Shown here in pieces: positions 29,461 to 43,959 of a stretch of 64,000 nucleotides of DNA. Position 1 is the first letter of the stretch. Each line of letters opens with the position of its first letter. A program made the position numbers and the translations under genes. This DNA is from the human T2T-CHM13v2.0 reference genome, Homo sapiens: NCBI RefSeq assembly GCF_009914755.1, contig NC_060930.1, one strand, 5' to 3'. The notes below the pieces were generated by a model that saw nothing but the letters and a program-made list of their open reading frames with translations, did not search any database and was not told the DNA's origin.

Positions 29461-31058
29461 GTTATCAATTGGCTACTAGTCTAAACCACACAGGATTTGG
29501 GTTATTTTCTATTATTGCAGGTTATTTTGTAAAACTATACCATGGACTTATGAAAACAGGCAAATATAACTTTTTGTGATCTCAAGGACATATGTAATAG
29601 ATGCATACGTTTTTCAGTTTTGCTGTAATAGTTTCTCTATTGACTGTCTAATTAGTACAGTCAAGTCTGATCTGTAAAAACAATGAAGGTGAGAAAAATA
29701 TTTTAGCTACTAATTCTTAATATATTCTAATCAACCCAATAATTTAAATGTCCTTGAAATTGTAGAGATAGCATTGTCCATATTGTCCTGCTGATAGCCA
29801 CAATTACAGAGAAATTCATTTGCTGATATTCATTTGCTGTTCTTCATTAGGGCATGTGTGATTTTTCGCTTACTTGCTCTAATCTAAACTTTTCTTACTT
29901 GAATACCCAGATAATAAAGGTTCACTTCTCCCACCATAGAACCAAGCAAAATTGCACCTTTAAGTATAATAAGGTGACCCCCTCTCTTTCTCAACAGAGA
30001 AAGAATCATGTCCCAAACATCATTTAAGCAATATAACATTTTCAGGCAGCTTTGCATCTATAATTTGGCATATATTCTTACACTACCATATGCCCATATA
30101 TAACTGAAGACGAAATATTAGCATTCAATTTTTTCATTTTCTGGTAAAGAGAAAATAAGACTTCAGTCTCGCTAGTCAAAAAAGATACACGATTCAGCAT
30201 TCACTTAATAGAAAGAGACATACCTTGTGCAGAAATGGCCCTGGTTTGAGAAAACACAACTTTTTAAAGAAAGATAAAGTCCTATAAGTGACTGCAGGGA
30301 ATTCACTAAGCTTTTTGGGCAAATGGGCTCTGCAGCATTAGGTCTATATTTGCTTTAAAGAGGTTTATACATTCTGAACCTGACTGATCAATAATAATAC
30401 TATTGAAAAACTATAACGTTATAAAGCTGAATTTTAAAGTGTAGAACACCTAATCTGTGAATAGAGATGAATGTGTTTGAAAATAAAGATGAAGTGAATA
30501 GTGAAAATTTACTTTTCTGCAAAGCTTTCTCTGATAAATTTCAAATTTCTTTGTAAGAGTCCACATTATTTTTACTTACTGTCAATGAAAATACATTTTT
30601 TCAGATCTTGCTTTGTCAAATATAATCTTGTAGTTCTTCTATATTCCTACACCTGAGCTAATGATTTCTCTCAAATAGTACTTTCAACCATTTACAGGTT
30701 TGTGGGTCAATACGCATTTTAAAATGTCCAGTAGGAAATCTTTAAATTAATTTCTATCAATTCAAAGGGATAGCAAAACTATGTGCTGATATAATAGTCT
30801 ATAAAATGACATGGTGACTGAAAAGTTCAATTATTTTTACTATCTTATTCTTGCCTCTTGAGTTAGTTAAGCTTTATATTGAGCTAAAGAGAAATGAGAC
30901 TAGTAGAAAGAAATACAAAAAAGTACATATTTTAAACACTTGTTTATTATCTAGTTTTACAGTCATGTGATAAGGTTTGGTAACTGAAGACTATCTTTGA
31001 ATCAAAGTTGACCTCGGGAGTGAGCCAATGAACATTTTTTGTAGGTAGAGCAAAAGCA

Positions 31059-31138
31059 AAGGTGAATGGCTGCATTTTGGTGAAGGCCCCCAGCAGCAAG
31101 GTGAATGGCTGCATTTTGGTGAAGGCCCCCAGCAGCAA
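31059..31138. repeat. Perfect 39-bp tandem duplication
   Basis: AAGGTGAATGGCTGCATTTTGGTGAAGGCCCCCAGCAGC x2. Confidence 0.97.
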
Positions 31139-31869
31139 CCACTGAAGGTTTTAATGTCTTCCATGGTGAACAGGATTGTATTTGGAGGAAAGTATCTGCA
31201 ACCAAACCAGACATACATGGATTCAGAAAGGCTGCCTAGGAAATGTCTCATATGCAATCAAGCATTGTTATGGCAATGGTGAGTTGTATGCTTACAGAAC
31301 AGAAATTCCCAAATGATGCCTGAAACAAGGAAGTGTAGAATAGCTACCAAAAAAGTGAGGTTTCCTAGGAGTCCTCAGACATTGAGCCAGAGAAGAGAGT
31401 GGCCTGGAAACAGTGGCAAGAGTATTGAACAGGGGAAAGATTTCATCACATTGCAAGGGAGGGGAGCTTGGGCTCTAAACATGGGGGACATAAACTGTCC
31501 CAAAGATGACATTTTGGAGTTTGGTGTATATTTTTAGTGCTGAGTTGAATAGTGAACTCTTATATCACGATTCTGCATACGCTATTTGTCTCTTTGTATT
31601 CTGTGGTTTTTTAGACTCTTCAGTGAGAGGCAGGATTGCTTTGGAAACAAATTGCTTTGTCTCAGCTTGGGTTCTCAAGTAACACTTCGTCTTTCTTTGA
31701 AGAATACCTGATCTTTTCCAAGGAAGTTAAATTTGATCCAAATTTTGGAAGTGGGAAGAAACATAAAGAAAGATAAGAGGGAAAGGCAGCCATTTACTAG
31801 AAGAGACATATCACTAAGTTTTTGGCATCAGGATCAGCAACACGAGACTTATTCAGGACGTGCCATCAT

Positions 31870-31998
31870 TTTAAACAAACAGTTTATGAGCACTGCTTAC
31901 ATGCTAATATAATGTTAGATATTGGAGCTATAAAGACAAATAGTTTCCTTCTGCCCTAAGGAAACTTATATCTTTACAGGGGACACAGACGAATAAGC

Positions 31999-32035
<37 letters not shown>

Positions 32036-32490
32036 CAATACAGTGTGTTACATTTTCTGGTGGTAAGTTTGCTGGAGGTACTTTGGGAGAGGCATACCTA
32101 ACCCACTTCAGGAGCAAGGGGGAAGGGTTAGAAAATATTTTCAAGGAAGTAGTGGCTGAATTAAGTCTAAATATCAAATATGTCTTTGTGAGTGTTTGTG
32201 TAAAGGGCTATCTGTTGAATTGCGACAAGTAATTATAGCAGTGGTGTTCAGAGATGAGTTGGTATTGTGTCTTGAATGTCAACCAGAGAATTCTGACTTG
32301 ATAGAAATAGGAGATCATTTAAATTTTTAAGCTGGGAGCAACAATATGGCAGAAATCCTTCTAAAGCTTTGTGTCCATAGATCAATCAGATGGAAAGGGG
32401 ATTGGAAATGGAGACGTAAGTTAGTTATTTTGTTAAACAACTTGAGTGTAGGGCAATGGAAACCTGAATCTAGGACGGTGGTTATGGGGA
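31870..32490 (-). mobile_element. L2 3' region
   Basis: AACAAACAGTTTATGAGCAC..CTGCCCTAAGGAAACTTA..; purine-rich body. Confidence 0.6.
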
Positions 32491-35400
32491 AAACACAAAT
32501 CGTCTGAATGTGAGTCTGGATTCTGAGTTTGTCTCCAGTGGCTTTTCCTTAGGAATGGTCATTTCATCAAAACTAGAGGAGAGAAGAAAACTATAAATCA
32601 ATCCGCAAGAGCATCCAACTGATAACTGGTTCAAAGACTATCTGTGAAACTCTTTTGTGATGTAAATATAGATTTTGAAAGGGACATGAGAATAAACATA
32701 AACAGAGAACAAGGTAAAAGTTGGTTTCTAGATGAAGGTACTAGTGTCCACTTACATGCCCTTTATCCTTTTGTTTAACATTGCTTCTGCTACTGTTTTT
32801 TCATCATTATGAAAATTTCTTAAAAGAAGATAGGACTATGTGAAAGGATTGGCACCAAGTATTATGAGTATGGCCAATAGAAACTTGTAGTCAAAATAAA
32901 TTTTGATATACCTAAATGTTATTTGGATACCAAATGATCTTTAGAAGAAAGTGATATGTGATACTTTAGAAGAAAGTCCTAGTATGAGAATCTAGTAAAC
33001 TCAAATAATTTATCATGATAAATATCAGTGCAGTAAAGGAGGAAGAAAACACTTAAGGAGACTTTATACTTCATGCATTGTACTAGGCGTTTTACTAGAA
33101 TAAAAATACTTCATGAATTAGAATGTGCACAGATCATATTTTATTATCTTGGTTGAGAAATTTAGTAGAATACGTTAGTTCATCCTAACAAATAAGATTA
33201 AAGCATAAACAATTTTGAAAAATAATTTAGAAATCAAAAAGTAAAAGTTCATATGAAATTTAAAACTTTCAGGCAATTGATTGTGAATGGCATATTCTTG
33301 ATTGCATGTATTTTCTACTTTTGTTTATATGTAATTCTGTTGTTGCCTATGCTTTAGGTCAATCCCTATGAAGATGGTTAATTTTCATTGCTCTGTTGGT
33401 TGAAGCTACTTCTTCTGGCAGGGTCACTGCACATTTTCTCAGGGGTGGTTCACCTCAAATTCATCGCTGCCACACGAAAATTAACAAAGCAGATATCCCA
33501 CAGATCTCAGGTCACAATAATAGTTTTCCCATACATGAAGGGCAGTGTGCAATTACACAAATATAAATGAAAATTAATATTCTCTTTGCTTAAAAATTCT
33601 AATTTATCTCTCAGTTACCTCTTTTGAAGTATTCATGTTTTGAGGTTAAAAAAAGAACTGAGTAAAAGCCTACTTATAACAAAATAAATTACCCTTTGAT
33701 ATCCAGTGCAGCAACCTAGTATTTGAGAAAAACAGAACTCCACAAAGGCTTACTATATTCAGAATTTGACAAAGTGTGACCCATTTACAGAAGCAGAAAA
33801 TGCACCACAGGTAATTTAGTGTTTCTTATTTTTCTTCCAAAAGCAGATAAATTGTATTTACCAGCCAAATAAAAGAACTGTTTCCAAACTTACTTGTTTA
33901 GAGAAAAATAGAGAAACAGGGGGGGAAAATACAATAATTTTGACTGAGAAAGATACTCTCGAAATATGAAATGTGGAGGGCTTCAAAAGATCTCATAAGA
34001 ATGTCAAAATATGGGAAGTATTTGATGAACTTATTTTAAAAATAATTGTTGCTATAGATCCCTACAGACCCTTTACACACTGTGAGGATATTGAACAATT
34101 TACAGATGCCACATGTTCACACTGCCACTTTTATAGGTAATTTCTAAGATTATTGTCAGAATTTTAAATATACTGGAAAAAGAAAAAACAACATTAAAAT
34201 ACAAAATCTGCAATCTGGCTTAGGTATTCTCCTAAGTGCTCATATCTACAGTAGCACTTTTTCTATTTTTCTGCATGTGCCATTTTAATTTTTTCTCCTT
34301 TATGAGAACATCAACTCCTTAAAAATGGGGAACTCTGTCTTGCACATCCTCATGTGCCCAGTCCCTTGTACTGCACTTAACACATAATAGATGTATCCAC
34401 ACATGTTTGCCAAATATAAGAATGAGCAAACAAACACTGGAGCCCAAGGGCAATTCTTTATTAAAAGAGTATATATTAATATATAGATTGAGATACCTTT
34501 ATATTACTCAAGTGTTGAAAATAGTTCCATATGTTCACTGATGTTTATATCTTCCAGAAGTCCTCTCAAAAAGGACTTACATAATACTCATTTGTATCAT
34601 TTAAGTTTTATAAAGTACCAAAATAGCATGCCATTGTAATTAATACTGTAATTAATATTACTTTAAAAATTCTAAGTGGTGAACATTATGTTGATAAACT
34701 GGGACAATGGCAGAGACGTCATTTATTAACCACATTTTTAGATTTCACACTGAGCTACGTATGCTTTAAGTCTAAGTCAGAGTTGGGACTAAAATTGTTT
34801 TTGTTTTTTATTTAGTTCAATATAAACTTAAAATTATATAGAAGGATTTAAAAAGGCTTTCAAATGCAGTTCCTTTATTTGTCAACAATCACTCCCAGTG
34901 GCCGGGTCAGACAGATCAGATGTGGCTAGAATGACTTGTGTCCACAATGCTGCAGATCAAATTAAAAAAAAAAAAGTTGGAAATGGCTTTTGGGACCCTT
35001 GGAAACCACTTCCAGTCTAAAGCCACAAGGACAGAAATAATCAATAATGGTAGCCATTTGGTTTCATTCATTTCTTTTAATGAACATGCTCACAACTCAC
35101 TAAAAGCATTCTTACTGGACTGGGATGGATTTCAATTCTCTGGTGACTGACAAAAATAGAGCCTTTGATGAAACCTGTGGTGTTGCATTGCTCTCCATTG
35201 TCTTTCCCTGTCCTAATAGACACTGGTGTTGTTTAACTCCGAAAATTGCCATCTTGGTAGAGACTGACAAACAGTTGATCTGTAACTATTAGCTAAATTC
35301 TCCCCATGATTTTTGATTCAATTTATTTTAGGAAAGCATCTACAAACTGCAGAGCAGTTTCAAATATGTAAAATCTGTAAACGTAGGCATAAAGGTCTCA

Positions 35401-37214
35401 AGAAAAAATGGGCTCAGAGTTGATTTAATCAGTGTATTAATATTCAATAGGATAATTTCCATTTCTGTAGTCACTGCCCTAGTTCAAGTAAGCATTAATT
35501 TGTATCTAATAAAGTGTCATTAATACTGTGGATACTTAAAAATTGCTTTTGATAAATGAACAACATCTGGCTTATTGCAGCAGCCTCTTAACTTGTCTCA
35601 CTTTATTTAAGTTCCTTCCAATTATTATCTATTTTATAGCTAACTGCCAAAAAAAGAAGCTTTCTTGTAATTTTCCAACATGGGTAATTTCTTGCTTATG
35701 AAACTAGTTTTCTTTTTTTAACAAAATCAAAATTCCTGTGCTTGAGATGAAATTTTCTCCATCAATTTTCCTAGGTTTTCATTTCTTACTATCCAATTAA
35801 TCTCATTACTTCATTGCATCAGCATTTTTCAAAAAGTATGTTTTAATTTTTTGATGACAACTAAATGTAGTCATCATTTTAAAAATGCAGTTTAAGAATT
35901 TCTAAAATAAGTATACCAGCCCATTGGTAAACAAAGAATAGAAGGTCTCTATGATTTCAGAAAATGCCCTTTTCTCATATCCAAGTCAGAATGACTTGGG
36001 CAAGAATGGGAGAAGACGTGAAGATAAAAGGGAAGTGATGACTGGTCTGTCTCTGTCAGTTGCTTCTTTTTCTCCCTAATTTTAAAACCGTAATGTCTGC
36101 AAATGAAAGGATTTAGTGTTCAAAGGGATAATACATCTTTTTAGAGGGAATGAACAGTATGGTTACTGACCAAGTGTAAATTTACTTAAGTGCACATTTA
36201 GGGGCTTCTCAGGGGTTCTAGTATTATGGTTGCATATCACCTGAAATTGAATTTTGTCCTGCCCTAATGTTTCATGTTGCAAAGGGGGAAATGAAGATAA
36301 ACTGAAATGAATGACTAAATCTAGGCTTTTTAATAATTATTTTTCTTCAACAAGATAATTCAACTTAAATCTCAAGGCCTGGAACAGAAAAGGTGTTCTT
36401 TACATACCTACTATCCATGTTGAGGTTCCCATCACACAAACAAACTTTCAAAACTTGTTAAATAAAAATCATTATTAAAAAGCCTATATTCATAGTTTCT
36501 AGGTCACTGGAGATTTATTATTGAGAATGATATCATCTTTTCCTTTACCATTCTAATTCATCAGTTACAACTTTTCACTTTATGGAGTCGCAGAGAATCT
36601 GAGTACATCTCCCAAACAGGTCTAGCATCAGGTATCAACTGTATTACAAGAAATCAAGCTCAACAACAATTTCCAAGATCAAACATAGAAGAAAATTATA
36701 GAGTTAACTTTTTCACTTGTCTTCCTTTCTTATCCTATGCTGGGAAATACATATTCCACAATATTCCGTAGTTTCTTTCAAATTATGTTTTTAATGGAAT
36801 CCCACACCTAAAATGAACTTTTTTGTATGGTCAAATCATTCTTCCCAGAACTGCCATTATAACATTTTGAAAATGATGCTTTATTCATTTCATTTACATG
36901 TTCAAATGACATCTGCAAAATGAGAAACATCCTCTTTACTTTACTTTCAAGAACCTCCATAATTTGATTTCTATTTACTGTATCAGGTTTTATTTACTAA
37001 TCACCTCTAAAACATTGAATTCTATGACTCCTGAACATAATTTAAACTTATTAATTTGTCTCCCCATCTGGAGTTTAGCCACCTTCTCTGTTCTTGAAAT
37101 GCTCTCCTCTTCTCAACCTATTCATATTAGTCCTCATACCTTTATGGACTTCCCTTGATTCCTCAAATGGAAATTGTTCTCATTAACAAAATGTATATAG
37201 GACTTTCCATCTAA

Positions 37215-37436
37215 TCTTGTGACTCAATACTGCATGTGATTTTGCACTCAGCTCCCAGGGGACATTTGGCAATGTCTGGAGACAGTTTTGGTTGTCACAA
37301 CTGGGCAGATGCTATTGGCATCTAATGGATAGAGGTCAGAGATGCTGCTAAATATTCCACAATATATACGATGGCTCTCCACCACTAAGAAGTATCTGAT
37401 TCAAAATGTCAGTAGTGTTGCTGTTGAAAAATCCTA
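37215..37436. mobile_element. MER20 (hAT-Charlie)
   Basis: CCCAGGGGACATTTGGCAATGTCTGGAGACA..GTTGTCACAACTGGG..GATGCTGCTAAA. Confidence 0.92.
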
Positions 37437-37720
37437 ACCTAATTCAATCTTACACCTCTATTTCAAACCTGCCTATAATTTTACTTCTATATGTATGTGT
37501 TAATCATCTGTAGTAGAATACAAGCCTTTGAAATACTAGGACCACATCTCATGCATAATTTTATTTCTTCAAAAGGCCTAGCACAAAGGCTGGTATATGC
37601 ATGGGCACTCAAAAATATTAAAAAACCTATGTGACATAGAATATCTAGGTCACTATTTGTTGAATAAACATACAAGAAGACACTAACCAATAAAGCTACA
37701 TTAAGTTCAACATATACTTT

Positions 37721-39396
<1,676 letters not shown>

Positions 39397-40299
39397 TAGC
39401 ATTATTCTGGTAAAGAGAGAATTTATAGTTCAACATATATAATTATAGCTGAGAAGCAGAAAAATATTATAAACTTCAACATATTTTTATAATAGATGAA
39501 AAGTTTGGAGTTTGAGGTTTGCAGAGCTAATGTATCTATCTTTAATAGAGTTATCTTCTGTCTCTCCTATGTTAAATGTGTCGAGTTGTTGTTGTTGTCT
39601 TAATGTGCTACAAACAACTAATACTTGCTTTATGAAGTTCTCTCAGCTGCTATACAGTAGGTGCTGGTTAAATCAGCTCCAATTTGTTTGCATTCCTCTA
39701 AGTGGAGCATCTAGCTGTTGGGCAAAATAAAACATTAAATTATCTTGTGAATTTGCTGTAAATATTTGAAAATGATTGCTATTGGAATACATAAACAGTT
39801 TTTTAAGTTCCCTTATGAAATGAGCTGATGCATTTTGCTTACTAATTAAATATCTATGTTTACATAATGTCCTACAGTCTCCCATATATGGAAAAATGAA
39901 TATAGCTTAGTGACTGCCTGCTCTAAAGGACACTGTTCAAGCTTTTTAGCTTGCCATTCAATATCCTGCCAAAGCTGTCCTCTACTTATCTTTTAGGCAT
40001 ATCTCTTTCATAAATATTCTGCTTCTGCTGAATTATTTTACTTATAATTTCTTGAATATATTTCTTACTTTCCTCACCTCTAATATTTATGTCTTTTTCC
40101 CTCTTAAAATCTATAGAATGAACATTTTTCTATCACAGATTGAGCTTTCTCTTTTTACCCTTCTCCCAATCCAACCTCCTCTTGAATTGCTGGTCACTGT
40201 AACTCATCCATCTCACATGCTAACTCTTCCAAAAAGGCCACCCCTCATCTTCCAAACCATACTTCTGCTTTTGAAATGATAGTCCCTATACTACTTAAG

Positions 40300-40482
40300 T
40301 TCTGCTGTCATGTTGTCATTTTATTTGTGCATTTTTATTTTTCCTTTTCCTCAGATGGTAAAGTCTTGGGGGTAGGGACCATGATTTACAGACATCTTTG
40401 AATCACACTCAGCACCTAGTAGTACACTGTCCTGTACATAGTAATTGTTCATTATACAGTAGTTAAATAAATGTTGAATGAG
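40300..40482 (+). mobile_element. L2 3' end
   Basis: GGTAGGGACCATG..CAGCACCTAG..AAATGTTGAATGA. Confidence 0.6.
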
Positions 40483-40539
40483 TTATGATAGTTATGATAT
40501 TGCTTTAGAATTGGAAAATGGTGTGACAACCTGGTTATA

Positions 40540-41015
40540 AAACATAAAATAAAGTGTTTTTCTGATAAATAAATGTCCAGAAAAAAGAAGAGGGGACTGT
40601 TATAGATATAATAACCAAATAATCAAACCATAATATGTACAGACATAGTAACCAAAAGTGATGTGTGGACCTTGTTTGGATTTTGATTTGAACAAACTAA
40701 CTGTAAATGGGCATTTTTGGCACAATTGGTGAAATGCGTAATGGATGATACTAAGAATCTGTGGTATGAGAAAGGCATGCTCATTATGTCAAAATAATTA
40801 TCAGTTAGAGATGCATACTGAATAATTTTCAAATAACAAGTTTGATATTTGCTTTAAAATATTAGATAAAAAGTATGAGGAATAATAAAAAAAACTTGGC
40901 AGCATTTGCCATAATGTTGATAATTATTGCAGCAGAGTAAAGGGTACATGGTATACATTATACTATACCTCTGTAGTTTAGTGTAGGTCTAAATATTTCC
41001 ATAAAAAGTTTAAAT
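40540..41015 (+). mobile_element. L1MC-like 3' end
   Basis: GTGGACCTTGTTTGGATTTTGATTTGAACAAAC..; GGGTACATGG..CATTATACT..ATATTTCCATAAAA. Confidence 0.7.
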
Positions 41016-41849
41016 ATACATAAAGTAAAATGCCGTAGAATAATCTTTCAGTCATTCATATTGTAGGAAAGTAATTATTCAGTTATTTAAGACACTGACT
41101 ATAAGAGATTCTATGACTTGAATAAATTTTCATTTCACAGTGTGTAACCCAACACCTAAGACCAATTCAAATACAAAAACATTCCACTGGTCGCTTAATG
41201 TCCTACTCTTTTGTATACCACACAAGGCTATTGAATGCTTAGTGAGTCTGGATTTTCACTGTTCTCTAAGGACCCATCATTGTTACTCATAACTGTCTGG
41301 CTTAAGAAGGTTGGATTCAACACAATAGATAGTTGCTGACCCAAAAGGATTTACTCTCTTATCCTGAGAATGACCAACAGCCCTGTAAAAGACAGAGCAC
41401 TTCTTTTTCTTTGCTAGCTGAACTGGATCCATTCATCCTCAATGTCACAGAAGAAAAACGATGTGATGAAAACCTTTCTTGAATAGACATACCAGAGATC
41501 AGGTAAGAAATTTTGGACGTGGCCAAGTAGCAAACAGTAAAGAAAGATGGCATTCAAAGGCAGAAAACAGATGAATTGGTGATTTCAACTTCAGACTTAC
41601 AAAGTCTTTCAGTTTTGTTGCTACTTTCTTAGACAAACTCCTCTTTATTACTCCTTCAATTGATCTGAAACCTCTACTTGGTTATCTGTTAGTATGCTCA
41701 AAACCACCCCCACAAAAGCATAAAATCTAAGTTATATTCTTGTGTATGCTATGGGAACACAACCTCCAAAGAAGTGCTCTGCCTTCCCAGTTTTCAATCA
41801 CCATTAAGCTCTTCCCTCCATTGTCAGAGATGCACCTCCATTTTCCTAT

Positions 41850-42470
41850 GGATTACTTCAGTAAGTTCTGTATCAGTCTCTTGCTTCCAATATTTTCTCT
41901 CTGCAACACACACTATGGGGTGCTTTTAGGTTAGGCTTCCTAAAATACAGCAGTTAGCATGCCACTCTCATATTCAAAAGCTTTCACTGGCTCACCATTG
42001 CCTATTAAATAAAGCACATTTCTGTTCACTCAGTATTTCAGACCTCACAAATCTGTCTGAAGTCTACACTCTAATCTTGACTTTCTTTAAGCAACTTGAA
42101 ACTGTAAACCAACTGAACTAATTGCAGGTCCCTGAAAATACTCTGTACTTTTGGGTCTCCATTCTTTCTTCCTATTAAAGCATCTCTTTTTAAACATTTC
42201 CACTCAAGGTATCCTCCAATTCTTCATTTCATCATCCCTTAGCATGTAACCTTGTCAGAATTAGCCTCTTACTCTGTAAGAATCTATAGCTTTTCATGTG
42301 TATCTTTCTTAGCTATTTCTCTCACTGGTATTATAACATGCTATGAGCTTCATTTCTCTGGTCAACCATAAGCTCTTTGAAAACACAACTGATCTGTTTC
42401 ATCTTTGTATCCCTAGTCTCTGGCATAGTGGTCTGTACTTACAATATGTTTAGTAGACATTGGTTAAAGG
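41850..42470 (+). mobile_element. L2 3' region
   Basis: AAAAGCTTTCACTGGCTC..CCATAAGCTCTTTGA..TCTTTGTATCCCTAG..TGGCATAGT. Confidence 0.6.
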
Positions 42471-43069
42471 GCTGATAGAAAGAATATTAAAAGTTCTATG
42501 CAAAGATAGAGATAGAGGCCAAGCCATGCTTTCACAAATTGAAACATCATGATATTTAAATTCTAGTTATGAGATAAATTATTATCATTCAATTAGGGCA
42601 GTGCTGGAAATTGGATTAAGTACATTCTTTGTTTTGTCACATTTAGTCCTCTCAATTCTACAATTTTAGAGATGTGGGAACTGAGATTTGGAGAGATGAG
42701 GTAGCTTGTTTGTATGCCGCCTGAGATTCCCTTTCTAATTATACTATTAACATGTCTACGGAGCTCTAGAGTTCTGATGACATACCATGAGGGACACCTC
42801 AAACTAAAACAGAAAATAATCCCAGTTCCTATTCCCTACTTCTGTAACAGAAAAATTTCTGTTTTCTTTGTTTCGTATAGTGAAATTTTTTATTTTTTAT
42901 ATTTTATTTGTACCTTAAATACCTGGAAGATAGGTCATTCACTTTTTTATTTGCCATTATATCACCTATTACCTTTGTCTTATACCTGATAATTTGACAT
43001 ATTTAAATCATTTACTTGAATGCACTGAAATACATAACTCTTCACTTAATGTACTAAGAATAATTTTTA

Positions 43070-43370
43070 GGCCAGGCGCTGTGGCTCACACCTATAATCC
43101 CAGCACTTTTGGAGTCCAAGGCAGGCGGATTGCTTGAGCCCAGGAGTTCAAGACAAGCCTGGGCAACAAGCTGAAACTCTGTTTCTATATTAAAAAAAAA
43201 AAAAAAGGTTAGCCGGGCATGGTGGAGTGTGCCTGTGGTCCCAGCTACTGGGGAGGCTGAGGTGGGAGGATGGCTTGAGCCTGGGAGCAGAGGTTGCAGT
43301 GAGCTGAAATCACACCAATGTACTCCAGCCTGGGTGACAGAGTGAGACTCCACATCAAAAAAAAAAAAAA
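43070..43370 (+). mobile_element. AluJ
   Basis: GATTGCTTGAGCCCAGGAGTTC and GGATGGCTTGAGCC diagnostics; TSD core AAGAATAAT. Confidence 0.92.
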
Positions 43371-43959
43371 GAATAATAAATTTTAAATAAAAATTATAAG
43401 TTGCATTTAATTCCACAAAGCAGGCATGTCATGAGCCTATGTGCCTACATAAATAATGCCATCATGTTCCAACAAATATGTTCTAATCCACTTTTGGAAC
43501 TGTTCTAAGAATCAATATACGTCTCATAAGAAAATACATTTTATTACTTTATAGTCTAAATTCCTACTTGTCCCAAATAGTTTTGGTTCATTAAAGAAAT
43601 GTTTTCCACCCTGAAAGGATAAAACCATTGTGAAAATACTTAAAATGTGGTTTTTACATCCAGTGCCAAAAATGACATTTAAAAATTATTTGGGAGATGC
43701 ATGGCTCACAAAGGTGGCCACTTAAAAGAGAGCTTGAGTGTGTAAATACTGATATGTGTGCATGTATACATATATATTCTGATATGTATGTTCTGATATG
43801 TATATACATATACACACACTGTATATTTTTATTTCCCTAGTTATAGCTTATATCAGAAATATCAAGCAAATTCTGTATATAAAAGTTTCAAAAAGATTTG
43901 ATATGAAAAATTTCTTCTGGGAATGAGAAAGGAAATTTTTTATGATAAAATTTAGCAAG

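Noticed and set aside
30947-31257. ORFs with a 13-aa repeat
   Set aside because: Repeat arises from the 39-bp DNA duplication and appears in all frames; no convincing splice or start context
33763-33816. 48-nt open frame ending in CAG|GTAATT as a micro-exon
   Set aside because: Upstream acceptor lacks a real polypyrimidine tract; peptide not recognised
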